57,648 nt of DNA from Plasmodiophora brassicae (taxonomy: Eukaryota), in assembly GCA_036867785.1 (NCBI GenBank), contig CP145411.1, positions 1,798,001-1,855,648 of the forward strand, given 5' to 3'. The position numbers and the translations under genes were made by a program. Shown piece by piece: positions 1 to 13,300 of this stretch. Numbering within the stretch: position 1 is the first letter of the stretch; every line of letters begins with the position of its first letter. The notes under the pieces were generated by a model, which made no database searches, was not told where the DNA came from, and saw only the letters and a list, made by a program, of their open reading frames with translations.

Positions 1-1209
1 TATGACGTCTGCCAGGGGTGGCCCCTGGAACGCCTGTCCGGTCCGCCACGACGCGATTGCAATCCTGTCTCATGTTCCAACGCAGGGAACGGGAGCGCGC
101 CAAACTGTCGCGGATCATAAACCGTATCATGTCGCGTCATGCCGGCCACCTGCATTACATCCAGGGGTACCACGACATCTGCTCCGTTGTCCTAATCGCC
201 TGCGACTACGACGAGCGCCTCGCCCTGGCTATCTGCGATCGCCTGTCCCGGGTCCACCTACGGTCCCCCATCGCTCCCTCGCACCGTTCCTGCTATTGAT
301 GAGAGGTGTGTAGGGAGTTTCTGCGCCCATCGCTGGATGTGGTGGTGGAGGTGCTGAACCTGTTGTTCCCGCTGCTGGAGTGCCTGGACCCGGCGGTGGC
401 CCGGTTCCTGCACCGTGCGAACATCCAGTCCTTCTTCGCGCTGAGCTGGGTCCTGACCTGGTTCAGCCACACGATTTACAAGTTCGACGTGGTCGTCCGC
501 ATCTTTGACTTCCTGATTGTATCCCACCCGACCATGCCGCTCTACATTGCTGCCGCCGTGGGTCGTCATTCCGTCGCACGTGATTCGCTTGCTGACTGCC
601 GTTCGTAGTTTGTCCATCAGCATCGCGGTAACCTGCTGCGATTGGAATGTGACATGCCGGCCATCCACCATTACTTCCAGCAGCAGAACGAGGTATCGAA
701 CTGCTGTGTGTCAACGTTTCCGACTGGCAGCTTGACAGGTCTGCCTAATAGGTCGACCTGGACAGCGTGCTGCCGCTAGCTCGTATCCTATACCGACGGT
801 TTCCCGTATGAGTGGCGCTGTTGCCACCGATTGTCGACGCTGTCTGACGGTGTTCGTCTTCAGCCTCGCGACCTGTTCAGACAATATCGACCTCGAATTC
901 CGCTCGAGTCAGTGTCCTTGCTACGACCTCTGGGGAACGCTCTGACTCATCGTTGCTCAGCTCGTTGCTCCCAAGGTCGGACATCGGGAAGCTGTACAGT
1001 GAGGGGTGGCCACCGTCGACGAAGCCAATGTCCGGGTTCCATACGTTCCCAAGGTCCACAACGACGCCGGAGCCGCCCCTGATTAGTTCTCGTGTTTCTC
1101 ATCGCCCTTCTTTGGTAGTGTCTACAGCGTCAATGCGGTCCCGATGCTGCTGATTGCCGTCTGGGCCATCATTCTGTGGCAGTTGTTACACTACCTGACA
1201 GGGTCGTAA
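1..1209 (+). CDS. TBC1D20: Rab-GAP TBC domain protein, TBC1D20/Gyp8-like; 5' partial, multi-exon
   Basis: Contains LHYIQGYHDICSVVL and FFALSWVLTWFSH...VVRIFDFLIVSHPTMPLYIAAA. The last exon encodes a tail-anchor TM (PMLLIAVWAIILWQLLHYLTGS*), stop at 1207-1209. Confidence 0.85.
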
Positions 1210-1278
1210 TGTTGCGGATACCTTCGCCAGACGCCCGCAGACAGCGGCGCGGACTGCTATGATGTTTACGTACTTGCT

Positions 1279-2826
1279 TCACAACAAGACAACGATGAAG
1301 AACGATAGGGCCACGGGGACGGCAGTAGCAGAGACCAGGGCGGGTGCACCTGACGATGGCACCAACTTCGAGGCACTGAGAATCGATGCAATGTTCACGT
1401 GCGGGTAACGCTGCTTGACGTGGACAACGCCTGCAGCAGCCCCGGCCGACAGCAAGGTGCCGGTAACGATCTTCTTCGCGCCGTGCTTCCACGCGCCGGA
1501 TAACCTCTGCGTCACCGTTGGGGGTATCAGCGCTCGTTCCGCGTTCCCCAGTGCCCATCTCGTCGCCATCCAAAAGGCGGCGAGCGCCAGCACGCCACCA
1601 GCAGCCGTGTCCAGCGCGCTCGGAGATGCCGATTGCAACGTCTTCCAGGTCGTTTTCGGCCTCTGTGTCCACATGGCCCTGTTCTCGGTGACAAGTCCGA
1701 CGATGACCGAGAACGGATGTTGCTCCCTGTCAGGGCTTCCCGCCTGACGTCTCCTTTCCAGCGCCTGCACCGAGTAAGACCGTGGCCGGTTCGAGGCAAC
1801 GGTGCCGTTTACCCTGTCCACGATGAGTTGAGGCAAAGAAGCGTCGCTGCTGTTGTTGCTACTGATGTCGCCGTCGTCGCCGTTGCTCTTGTCTCTGGCG
1901 AAGGATCGAACAATGCCAGCAACGTCGGTCTGCACCACACCTCGCGGTTTAGTTTCAAATGGCCCGATGCGAAATGGAACACGGACCAGGTTGAGCATCC
2001 GCATTGTGGCGGTGGACCCGGCAACAATGTAGTCGCCGGGCCTCAGACGCAGCGGCCGGCTCTGCACGAACGGCAGACCGCCGTCTGCGTCCCGATGGAA
2101 CGTCGCCTCCTCGACCTCCGGATTGTCGGGATCTCTAACGCGTTCCGTTCAGTGGCAGACATCAGTTATCCGGGCGTACATGGGCCTGACTCGGTGATCA
2201 ACGGCAGCGTCGCGAACACGGGCACGTACTGGTCCTCGTCCGCATCGTAGCGCATCAGCATGAGCTGTGCCCCGCCAGTGTACTCGCAGTGGAGCATGGA
2301 ATTGCGCACCGTCCCAACTGTGTCCACGAAACCCGTTTCAGTTTCACCATGGTCGAAGCCGCACGGCGGCGGTCGCGGGCGTACCAAGTGAAGAGAGTTT
2401 GGCGCTGGCGAAGGCGCCGAACCACCCGGTCGCAGGACGTACCTTCTCCTTTAGGACCTTGTCGTACGCGTGCTTCACGATTCGCTGTTTGCCGTCGAAC
2501 GCGAGCTGCTTGCTCCTGTACTGGACGTGGACAGCGTTCAGGAACTGGGCGGCAATCTCGGCGGCGTCACCTGGCTGCCGCTCCTCACCGCCTGCCACGA
2601 CGTTGTCAGGGTCCCATTACGAACGCCGTCACTCGGTACGTGACGAACGCGCTGTCGCTAGGCCGAAACCGTCGACGGTTTCATCGATGAACACCTGATC
2701 GGCCACGTGGCCATTGGCCGGCGCGGTCGCCATGTCCAGCTGCAATCGAAGCACCGGTTTCGCCGATTCGACCAGGAACGCCACCGCAACAACGCACCAT
2801 CCCAGCACCAGCGCCCACGGTCGCAT
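1279..2826 (-). CDS. Secreted/membrane protein: signal peptide, degenerate PTC7-type PP2C-like domain, three-hydrophobic-segment C-terminal tail (~4 exons)
   Basis: Signal peptide MRPWALVLGWCVVAVAFLVESA. The spliced product reads DQVFIDETVDGFGLATARG..DAAEIAAQFL..HAYDKVL..LHCEYTGGAQLMLMR..VFATLP..LRPGDYIVAGSTA, matching PTC7 motif order with the Asp motifs lost. It ends VPVALSFFIVVLL*. Confidence 0.55.
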
Positions 2827-2934
2827 CGTCTGCGATGGGTGAGTGTCTCGACGAAGTCTGAAGCGGCTAGGTAGGCGGGCCACCTCACGAGGCAATTCCC
2901 GATTTAGCGTCCGAGGCTAAAATGGTCAGACGGC

Positions 2935-3206
2935 AGCCAATCCGCTCGGTCAACCTGTGCTCGACCAAGCACAGTCGAAACCACAAGAGCTGCTACGAGC
3001 TATTTCACTCATCGCGGACGATACGCAGGCGTGAAGAGTCGCCGGGCCCCGATCCGGCGGGGTCGTAAGCGATCAACTGGATCCTGATCGGACCCCGCCC
3101 GCTCTTCACGCCTGCGTATCGTCCTCGACGAGTGAAATAGCTCGTAGCAGCTCTTGTGGTTGCGACTATGCTTGGTCGGACACAGGTTGACCGTGCAGGA
3201 TTGGCT
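2935..3206. repeat. Long imperfect inverted repeat / hairpin (~104-bp arms)
   Basis: 2935-3038 is the near reverse complement of 3102-3206. The loop holds an extra stem (ggcggggtc/gaccccgcc, gatca/tgatc). Confidence 0.9.
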
Positions 3207-4264
3207 TTAGGTCGTGGTACGGCCACCGCAGACGACGCAGGAACGAGATCGTCCGCTCCCCGACCCATAATGTCGTTGCTGAATGTCAGACGGAACGTTG
3301 CCACGTCCAGCTTGTTGTACCGCGGTACTCGCGGAGGGTCAAGACTGCTCGGACTGGCGATGACGGCTTCACCCACGACGAGTCCTCCTGACCTCATTCT
3401 CTGCGAGGGCACCCAGTGTGTGACGACGTCACAGAGAAAGTGTCGATGAATGATTTCTGGTGATTGAGGGACGTCTTCCACTTGTGGTACAACTGCCCAC
3501 GGTAGCCAGCCGTCCAGGCGGTCGTTTTGAACAGTGAAGACCGGGCGTCGAATTATTCGAATATTCGACGATTGCTGTGTCACCAACGATGTCCCTAGCT
3601 CTCTGTAATCGTGACCTGGCCTCTCGTTCCGTCAGGTTGTCCGTCGCCGACTTGAACTCGATCACACATACCAGGGACGATACAACAACGTCATGACGGT
3701 TCTCTCCAGAACAGCAACCCCATCAATGGACGTCGCATGCGCAGGAACTTCGCGGTTCTGGAGCGGTCCGCAATGAACGATTTCGCCGCTCGCGACCGTC
3801 CAACCGTTGCCGTAGATTCCCATCCAGGAAGGCAGAGCAGGGTCAAGACCGCTCGGACTGGCGACGACGACGTCCGACCTGTCGTCGTTAGCGATCGTCT
3901 GCGCGTATGACTTCGTGGCCCCGGACGATCGTCAGCCGACAGGAAGGCGCGTCGCCGGGCGCGAACCTTGTGCGGCGCTCGTCGGAGGACGCCTCGCCGG
4001 CGCCGGCAGCATCTAAGGCGACCACGACGTGCTCGGCGTTCCAGCCCGTGTCCAGTCGTCCTCGGCCAAGTCGCTCCAGATGGTGGATGCACGACCTGAG
4101 ACGCTCCTTGACGATGGCGTCGGCGCGACCTGCCTACAGTGCGACGGTGTCGCTGAGCAGGCGAGACCGTTCCCGCCGGTTAGAGGTGGTACTGGCCGCG
4201 CGCCGGTTGTGTGCGCGCCGGGCGCAGTGTTCGTGTCGCGGGCGCGGAACGGGCGTCGTCGTTC

Positions 4265-6660
4265 ATGACGAGTCACCTGCGCAACGCCTGCATTCCGCTG
4301 GTGCAACTGCGCCAGGCGGCCGCCGACCGCCTCGCCTCGATCCTGTCCGAGATCGATGGGCCCAAGGCGCTAGTCCTCGGCCCGGACCTGTCCGGCCCGC
4401 TGGTACGCGGGCAGGGGCGCCCTTCGTCTCTCTCCCTCTCTCGGTTCGTCGCAGCGCTGACCGCCTACCTGCGCAGGGCATGCTCGTCGACGTGTCGCTG
4501 CTGAAGCAGAACGGCGTCGATGCCATGTACGAGCTGGGGCCGCATGCGATCCGGTGCCAGCACCAGGACATCGTGTACGTCCTGCGCCCGGACCTGCCGT
4601 CCATTACGACGTTGTCGGAGCAGGTCCACGCCCACCGACAGGAGGCGCCCGCCCGCCACCATCATTACCATCTCGTCTTTGTGCCCCGTGCCACCCTCCT
4701 GTGCGAGAGCGCCCTCGTACAGGTACGCGTGACAATCGCGCGCCGTGTTGCGACGCTGACCCCCCGACCCCTCGCAGCTGGGCGTCTATGGCAACGTGAC
4801 ACGATACGAGCTCTGCATCGAGGCACGCCGCGTTGTTCGGTTAACGCCGTTCGCAAACCGTTAACGTTGTCGGTGTAGTTGTTCCCATACGACGACGACG
4901 TGGTCACGATGTGCCTGGAGCGTTGCTTCAGGGACCTGGCCGTCGCCAACGACCCGACCTGCTTGTACAGCGTCGCCTGCGCGCTGGTCCACTTCCAGGA
5001 GCTGTTCGGGCGCATCCCTCGGGTGGGGTGCTCCACGTGTTGCACCGGGACGAACTCTGGCTGAGCACGCCGCCGTATGTAGGTACTCGGCAAGGGCGAC
5101 TGGGCGCACCGCGTCGCCGAGTTGATGATGAAGGTGCAGGAGGAACCGTCGGCGACGCCCGCGAAGCGATCCGAACGCGTCGAACCCCTTGTCGACGAGC
5201 TCATCATCATCGATCGTCGTGTCGACCTGGTCACCCCGATGCTGCAGCAACGTAAACGCAGGGAACGCCCCCAACGTGATCCGCCCCTGCTGATGCGTTT
5301 GCCCGCACACAGTCAACTACGAGGGGCTCCTGGACGAGATCGTCGGCATTACGAACGGGTTCGTCGAGGTGGAGAAGCCAGCGGCGAAGGACAGCAGCAA
5401 AGCGGGGCGGCCGGCGGTCATGAAGCTGGGCCTGAACTCGGACGACGACCTGTTCCGGCAGATCCGCAACACGAACTTCAACGCCATCAAGCACGTCCTG
5501 AAGCGACGCGCCGCCCACATCCAGGCGACGTACGAGGAGCGGCACGCCGCCGAATCCATCTCGCAGATGTCGGCCTTCATGAAGAAGTTCAAAGCCGTCC
5601 AGCGCGAGCACACGTCGCTGCAGGCCCACATTGGCCTAGCGGAGCGCGTCAGCGATGTGACGCGGACGCCCGCCTTCCTGCGCCATCTGCAAGCGCAACT
5701 CGGCGTCCTGGTCGGGTCGGGCGCGGACGCACCGGCCGAGGCGGACGCGTACCTCGAGGAACTCGTCGGCAAGCGCGCGCCCATCGCACAAGTCCTGCGC
5801 TTCATCGTCCTCATGTCCACCGTCCTGAACGGCGTCAAGCAGAAACAGTTCGACTTCATACGTCGGGAGATCGTCCAAACCTGTAACCTGGCCGCGTACG
5901 ACGTCGACTAGCGCTGATTGCCTGTACCGTCCAGATGGGTTCCAGCACCTGCTGACACTGGACAGCCTGGAGCGCAGCGGTCTGTTCGTCAAGGTCGGCG
6001 CGTCCCCCGTCGCGGCCGCCCACCCGCTAACTGAGTCTGCAGCGGGAATCCCGATCGTCCTGGCCGTCCGTCAGGAGCGCCCTGAACCTGATTGGGGCGC
6101 CCGTCAGTGGCGGCGCATCGGACACGGCCCCGAAGACGATGCATTTCGCGTTCCACGGGTACGCGCCGATCACCTGCCGTCTCGTGGAAGGCGCTCTTCA
6201 GCCTGGATGGTCGCACGGCTACATGCGGGACGCCTTGGGTACGGTGCCGCCCCCTCCCGTTTGCTGTTCCAACGCACGCCACCGCCAACGCTTACGGTTC
6301 TGCCTAGCGCAACTGCCGGGGAAGACGTTCGCCCACACGGTCGACGATCAGAAGCGGCCGGCCGGGGCCGTCCAGGGCGCCAAGAAAATCGTCGTCGTGT
6401 GTTTCGTGGGCGGCGTCACGTTCGCCGAGATCTCGGTCCTGCGCTGGCTGTCGGGTAACGCCGCGCCTGCTACGTCGTCGTCGCGTCACCCTTCCGGGTG
6501 TTACTCACGCTGCCTGGCGTGTTTAGGGCGGCAGAACCACGACCGCGAGTACGTCATCCTGACGACGCACCTGAGCAACGGCGACCAGATGGTCGACAGC
6601 CTGGCCGTCGCCCTGGACAACGCGCTCACGCGGCACCATCCCGCATCGGCAACGCAATGA
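4265..6660 (+). CDS. VPS33: Sec1/Munc18 family protein VPS33 (multi-exon)
   Basis: Motifs: MTSHLRN..LSEIDGPKALVLGPDLSGPL; LIIIDRRVDLVTPMLQQ(L)NYEGLLDE; LNSDDDLFRQIRNTNFNAI; FAFHGYAPITCRLVE; VVVCFVGGVTFAEISVLRWL. Confidence 0.92.
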
Positions 6661-6783
6661 ACCGGGTTCGTTCGCTGGGGGTGGTGACGACGGGTTGCAG
6701 GTCTACCTACCGCTGGCTGATCGATGGGCGTCGGTGACACCTGCATCGTCTGCTGTAGTAGGCGGTGGTGATGACGACGACGA

Positions 6784-7514
6784 TCAGAAGCAGGCCATGG
6801 CGTCGTAGCAGGCCAGGTCGAGCCCGTGCGGCTCGTCGACCTCGACCAGGCGCATGCCGCCGGCGTCGGCAAAGTACGAACAGCACCGTTCCCTGCAGGA
6901 TGGCCACCGGTCAGGCCACGCGCGGACCGCCATCAGGCACGACCTACGCGTCGTACGGCGGGACGATCACGTCGAGGATCGCCGAGTGGGCATACGCGGT
7001 GATCCCGTGCACGTTGCCCGACGACGGCGTCAGGACGGTCGTCGGCAGCGACGCGTCCCGGATCGCATCGCTCTGGACGACGTACCTGCCGGTCAGGCGC
7101 CTGGGCGTCCGCGTTAGTCGATGTGGGCGCCGCCGGCGACGACGACGCTCGTGCGTGGTACCCGTTGGCGTCGACGGCGGGCGCGCCGTCGACCCAGTCG
7201 AGGTTCCTGATGCGGACGGAGCCGGCGAGGACGCGCGTGAACACGGTCATGCCCGGGTGGTCGTGGTACGGGAACGCGGCCCCCGCCGGCATCAGGAACA
7301 CGCCAATGTCGAACGCGTCGTCGTCGTGCGCTACCTCCAGGTAGGCGAACCCGGGCACCGACGGCGGCGCCAGCAGGCGGATCCCGTCCATCTCCCGGCT
7401 GATGGCCCGCACGGCCTCCTGCGACAGGACGCCGGCGCCGACGATCGCCCCGGGCGCCGACAGCGCGCGCCGCACGACGCCCTCCAGGTGCCGGAGCCGC
7501 TCCTTGGTCAGCAT
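6784..7514 (-). CDS. ADO: Cysteamine dioxygenase / plant cysteine oxidase family (PCO_ADO), 3 exons
   Basis: IGVFLMPAGAAFPYHDHPGMTVFTRVLAGSVRIRNLDW; LTPSSGNVHGITA..AILDVIVPPY; the first intron has a CTAAC branch site. Confidence 0.88.
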
Positions 7515-7714
7515 TGGCGCGCGTCTAGGTCGAACAGTGTCTGGCAGGCGACGGCCTCCATCTGGCGACACCGTCCCGAACCCACGCGCGACGTGTTGTG
7601 TGCCGAACACCACAGCGAGGCGAGGCGGGCACGTGTTCGCACGACGCCATCCCGCCCTCCGTCACACAGTACCCCCCGGGCATCACACAGTACCCTAAAG
7701 GGCACGCCAACGTC

Positions 7715-10025
7715 ATGGACGACACGGCGACGGCGACGACAACGACGGCGTCGACGACGATCGACGTCTACTGTCGGATCCGGCCGACGCGTCGGGCGTC
7801 GCGGTCGTACGCGTGCGACGAGTCGGGGACGCGCGTCATCCTGTCGGTGCCGCGCCGGGCGGGCGACGGGTACGTCAACAACCAGCGCGACACGTTCGAG
7901 TTCCCGTTCGCGGGCGTGTTCGACCAGGACGCCACCCAGGAGGACGTGTTCGCGCGTGTCGCCGCCCCCGTCGTCGACAGCGTCCTCGACGGGTACAACG
8001 GCACCATCTTCGCGTACGGGCAGACCGGGTCCGGCAAGACGTACACGATCACGGGCGGCGCCCGCGAGTACGACGAGCGCGGCATCATCCCGCGGTCGCT
8101 GGCCCGGATCTTCGCCCACGCCGACCGCCACGCCAGCGACAACGCGTTCACCGTCCGCATCCAGTACCTGGAGATCTACAACAACGCGGTCAGTGTGTGG
8201 GGCTGTGTGTGTGTGTTGTCTCTGCGCCTGACGCGCCGTCGACGTAGGGGTACAACCTGCTGGACGGCGACCGGGTCCCCGACCGGTACGACAACATGAC
8301 CAAGGTGGTGCTGCGCGAGGACGAGGACGGGCGCGTCCAGTACACGGGCCTGGACCCGATCACGACGACGTCGCTGGAGGACGCCCTGAACCTGCTGTTC
8401 TACGGCGACCTGAACCGGATCGTGGAGAAGACGCCGATGAACGACGGGTCGTCCCGGTCGCACTGCATCTTCATGGTGCAGGTCGAGTCGCGGTCGCAGC
8501 GCACCGGCCTGATCCGGCGGTCGCGCCTCAACCTGGTCGACCTGGCCGGCAGCGAGCGGGTCGCCAAGACGCAGGTGGACGGCAAGATCCTGACCGAGGC
8601 CCGCCGCATCAACCTGTCGCTGCACTACCTCGAGCAGGTCATCGTGGCGCTGCACGAGCAGGCGCAGGGCAGCGCCCGCGTCCACGTCCCGTACCGCAAC
8701 TCGATGATCACGACGATCCTCAAGGACAGCCTGGGCGGCAACTGCCGCACGGTCATGGTCGCCACGGTCAACGTCGAGCAGGCCCAGGTCGACGAGTCCA
8801 TCTCGACGTGCCGGTTCGCGCAGCGCGTCGCCATGATCGTCAACGACGCCAAAGTCAACGAGGAGCTGGACCCGGCCATCGTCATCGCCCGCCTGAAGCG
8901 ACGCGTCCAGGAGCTCGAGGCGCAGCTGGCCGTCGCCCGGCCCGGCGACGACGCCGACGGCGAGCCGGCCCCGTTCGACGACAGCGCCCGGGCGCGCTGC
9001 GACACGCTCGTCGACGAGTTCGTCAACAGCGCCGCCGCCGACGACGACGAGCAGGCGTCGGTGACGATCCTGTCGGCCCTGGCCGGCGACCGCATCGCCT
9101 ACTGCCTGCGACGGTTGAAGACGCTGGTCGGCGGCGCCCAGCAGCAACAGCGGGCGGCGTCGGCCGGGGACGCTCCCGCCAACCCGCACGCCATCGTGCG
9201 CCTGAAGAAGGTCATCGAGGACCGCGACAATGAGATCGTACGTGCGCGGCACCCGCTCGTGCCCACCACCATGCAGCCGTCCGGGTTCCTGACGCTGTGT
9301 GCAGGCGATCCTGGTTGGCATGCTGAAGGCGAAGGAGGCGAACGGCGTCGCGAACGTCAGGGCGGCGGTCGCGTCGACCGGCGCGTCGCTGACGCCGGCG
9401 CAGGCGGACGAGATCGTGGAGCGACGCCGGGCGTTCGACGAGTACCGGACGCAGGGCGACTCCGAGACGAGGAAGCAGATGCAGGCGGGCGTCGAGGACC
9501 TGCAGGCCAAGATCGTCGCGGCCAAGTCGCTGGGCGAGCGGTTGAACGCGACGATGAAGACGATCGACACGCTGAAGGACCAGCTGCAGCAGCAGCGGAT
9601 GCGGGCGTCGGTCCGCCAGATCACCGACGGGGAACCGTCGCACGACGACGCCAACGAGATCGCCGATCTGGAACGACGCCTGGACGGGGAGCGGCACGCG
9701 TACGGCACGCTGGTCGCGTCGTTGCGCCAGGCCAAGAAGGAGATCGAGCACGTGCAGCACTGGATCTCCAAGCTGCGCGTTCGCATGCAGAAGGAGTTCG
9801 ACAGGATGTGGGTGGCAACGCGCGCGCCCGCGCGTCCGCCCTAACGCGCGCGTGTTCAGGTGGGACGACGGCGCGAAACGCAACCCTGCAAGGACGGCGG
9901 TCGGTGACGCCCCGCGACGATTGGTGGCCACGGGAGACGCCGCCGTTGACGCCGACATCGCCAGGTTCTATCAGGCGAGCCGCTCGGCGACGCCGGCAAG
10001 GTCGCAGCCGACGACCAGCACCTAG
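7715..10025 (+). CDS. KIF6: Kinesin-9 family motor, KIF6-like (4 exons)
   Basis: P-loop GYNGTIFAYGQTGSGKTYT, SSRSH, LNLVDLAGSER, INLSLHYLEQVIVALHE, coiled-coil stalk, and C-terminal TGDAAVDADIARFYQA motif typical of KIF6. Confidence 0.9.
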
Positions 10026-10395
10026 CGCACCATATACGAGTCCTATATCGCCCGCTGCGACTGACCGGCCGTTGTGCCTGCCTGACGAAGCGACCGTCTT
10101 GTCAAAGACGACTGCCAATGGCACAGGCGGTCGTTTCCACATTCGTCACCCTGCTGCAACACGAGCATACCAGCCTGTTTCGGATGGGGGGTCCGTCGAC
10201 AACGGCCGTGTCGTCGGGCGTGCAACCGCTCATCCGCTGGCCCAGGCACTGACTGGCCCATAATGTCGAGTGGAAGTAGCGTTCAACCGCGTCATTATTA
10301 TAGGTCGAGGGGGTGCATCGTTGGACACTCCTCTGTTGAACGGGCGTTTTAGCGAGACACGAGCGCTGAAAGCAAACCGTGTGGCAACCTGACCG

Positions 10396-13300
10396 TTAGA
10401 ATATGTAGAACTTCTTGGTCGAGTCCAGGTCTTTGATGATGGGTTCCGCTTGCGTGGCGACGGGGCACAACGCGTTGTAGGCCTTCAGGACCGGCTGCTG
10501 GTCGGATTTCTTCATGCCCTTCAGGTCCATGATCCTGGACAGGTCTGCCTGGTTCGCCGATGGACACAGTGTCGAGAAGGTCTGCAGCAGAGAGGCAGAG
10601 ACGTGAGCAACCCACTGAGTGAGCGGGCAACATGAGAGAGCGCGCGAGCGTACCTCTGCAAGCGTATCCGGGGTCGCTGATATCGTCTTTAGAATCGCCT
10701 CCGTCTTCCCCAACTACAAACCGTGACAGATCTGAGCGTCGCGATTCGTTCGGAACGTGAGTTGCGGTCACCTGTTTGATCAAGACGGTCGCGTATGCTT
10801 TTGGCGCGCGCTTCTTTTCGGCCTCGAGCGTTGCTTGTTTATCACTATCCTGCAAGGGTCAGACGTTGCAGACCGACAAACAAGACCCCTAACTGGACCT
10901 TCCAAGCGAGGGCAAATTGAGCAGAACTGTCTTCAGGGCTTCCGTATCCAAGAGCAGTTGCTGGGCACCGAAATCGTTGATGCGCTTGCAGCGAAGGATC
11001 GTCAGCAAATACTTTGGCAGGAAGGTGGCCACGAGGCGACTGCAGAAGAAGTGGTGGTACACGGGCGATATCACGGACGACAACGTGGACACCTTCTCGT
11101 TGAACTGGCTTCGTAACTGCTGAACGTATGACGACGTATCGCCGACCTGGAATGCAGCATCGTGAGCCGACGCGCAAGGGCGAGACCAACATCGACACAG
11201 ACAGCGTCCATGGTTGCCAGCGGAAGTTTGGACATGCTGGCCAGGATCTTGTCCGCCTGGGCCGCCGTCACGGTGACGACCTCTTCGATAGCCATGTTGA
11301 TCAGGGAATCGAAACTCTCCTGTACGCGCACCCGTTCAGTATGTGGCCAGAGCGGCACAGGAACGACCAAGACCGACCTGGACATGGCCGAGGTCAACGT
11401 CTTGACCAATCTGTTTCGAGATTGATTCTTGCAGCTGGGGCAATGTCTCGCTGCAGTACCTGAGGCACACACATTACGGGGTCATTCGGGCCGGTGCATT
11501 GCCTGCATCGGCACGATACTCTGCCGTGTTGATCAGGACACCGAGCGATTGAAGCTGGGCAGTGGTCAGGTCGGGGACGGTGGGCGCCACGACCGGGATG
11601 GCCCCAGCCCCGGGGATCGCAGGTGCCTCGGGCGCGCGTTTGCTCAAGACCGGAACGTGAGACTCCAGGACCTTGCAATAGCCCTGGAGACCAGCGCAGT
11701 AAACTTCGTGGACGTCGAGCAAGATTTGCGGCTGGTCCAGCCGGATGCACCGTTTCATAGACCTGCCCCAGGAGCATTAGCTGGTGATGCTCCAACACTG
11801 TACAACTGCAGCACTTGGGCATACGTCTTGATGTAGAGAAAGATTTGGTCGGAGCCTTTGTACCTCTGGCAACTGGATGTCACCTGTACAGGATGCCACG
11901 TTTCGCCCGTTGTCAGGTTGTCTAGAAGCCTAGCGCAGTGTCAGACCAGGCACGGGAGGACAATCGTTCGGGTAACCCACTCGGCCATGTTCTGCTTCTC
12001 AAGCGTTACGTAACAGCCCATAAACGGCTGGAAGCAGGACGAGATCGAGTTCCGGAAGTTCAGCTTCACTTGGCCTGGCGACGAATCCTTTTCTGTGCAT
12101 GACACCTAATGAGCAGGCACCGCGGATGCATTCGGCGCGCAGGTCCCCACGTTGAGTTCCGGAGCGCCCAGCCGACGTTGTGCTTTCCCGGCGGTCGTCA
12201 GAGTCGTCAACCTGCACAGCAGGCCGGTGGGCACGCCTGGTACCTTCAACCTGGACTATATACGCACCACTTCCGAGAGTGCCTCTGGTTCGACACCGTG
12301 GTTGTTGTTGCTGTCGGCGCCAAACGACCGCTGCATGTCTCTCTCGAAGCTGATCGTCTTCGTCAAAATGCGGACCAGTACGGAGACCTCGATGTTGTCA
12401 CCAATCGACTCTGCTTTCAAAAGCGTCTTCAAGTGCTGCGACGCTGCACAAACCCAGTCAACACGTTGCTGGCCAACGTCACCAGGCATTCGTACTCAGC
12501 GAGCAGAACTCCTGCGCCAACAGGCCGGGCACATTCCAGCTCTCCGGAAACACGCCCTTGAACCGCTCCCGAAAGTTCTTCGACTGCAGTCGGAACCATT
12601 CATATCGTCGATCGACATTTTCCAGGCGCGCGTCCTCAACCTGGCGCGACATCAGACGGTGCGTTGAGCAGAACCGCCCGGCGGCACGCCTACCGGAGCG
12701 GAGCCACTGATCTCGCTGGGCGTGAACACTGATCTATACGGCTCCAGTGTGCGTCGCACAACGGAGTCGATCAGAGACGAGCGGCACTCGGGGCCAAGGA
12801 CGCTCACCACGGAGCACGCCTAGCGGAACGGAAATCAGGCGTCCCACTGGCAAGTTCCCACGTCCCGGGCGGTCGTCGCCTACGTCTGCGAGGACGCGCT
12901 GGTTCTCCAACGACCCGGCCCCCGCAGCCCCGAACGCCTCGAACACGGCCGCGCGTAACGATTCCCTGCATTCGGCCGCCTTCTTGTTCAGGTCGCTCTT
13001 CACGCGCGCATCGTGTGGTGGTCAGCGCCGGGATCGTCCGTTCAGAAAACGCATGGCCTACCAGCTTGCCCACGTTGGCGTAAGACGCGAACAGGTTGGC
13101 GACGTCGTGGTAGGCCTTGAGAAGGTTGGCCGCCTCCTTGAAGTCGCGCTCGGCCGTCTTGGAGCGCAACTGGGCCACCGACATGCTCATCATGTGCAGC
13201 TGCTTCAGCGCCAGGATCGTCCTCGACAGGTTCTTCTTGGCGATGTCCTGGACAGAAAACACGCCCCCGGTTCACTCCCAATGCGTTCGGTGCAGTCGAG

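Noticed and set aside
8176-9786. 536-aa antisense ORF; similar cases at 21975-23411, 31249-32748, 35316-36482 and 36900-38279
   Set aside because: Shadow ORFs caused by high GC3 opposite well-supported genes; no recognisable motifs.
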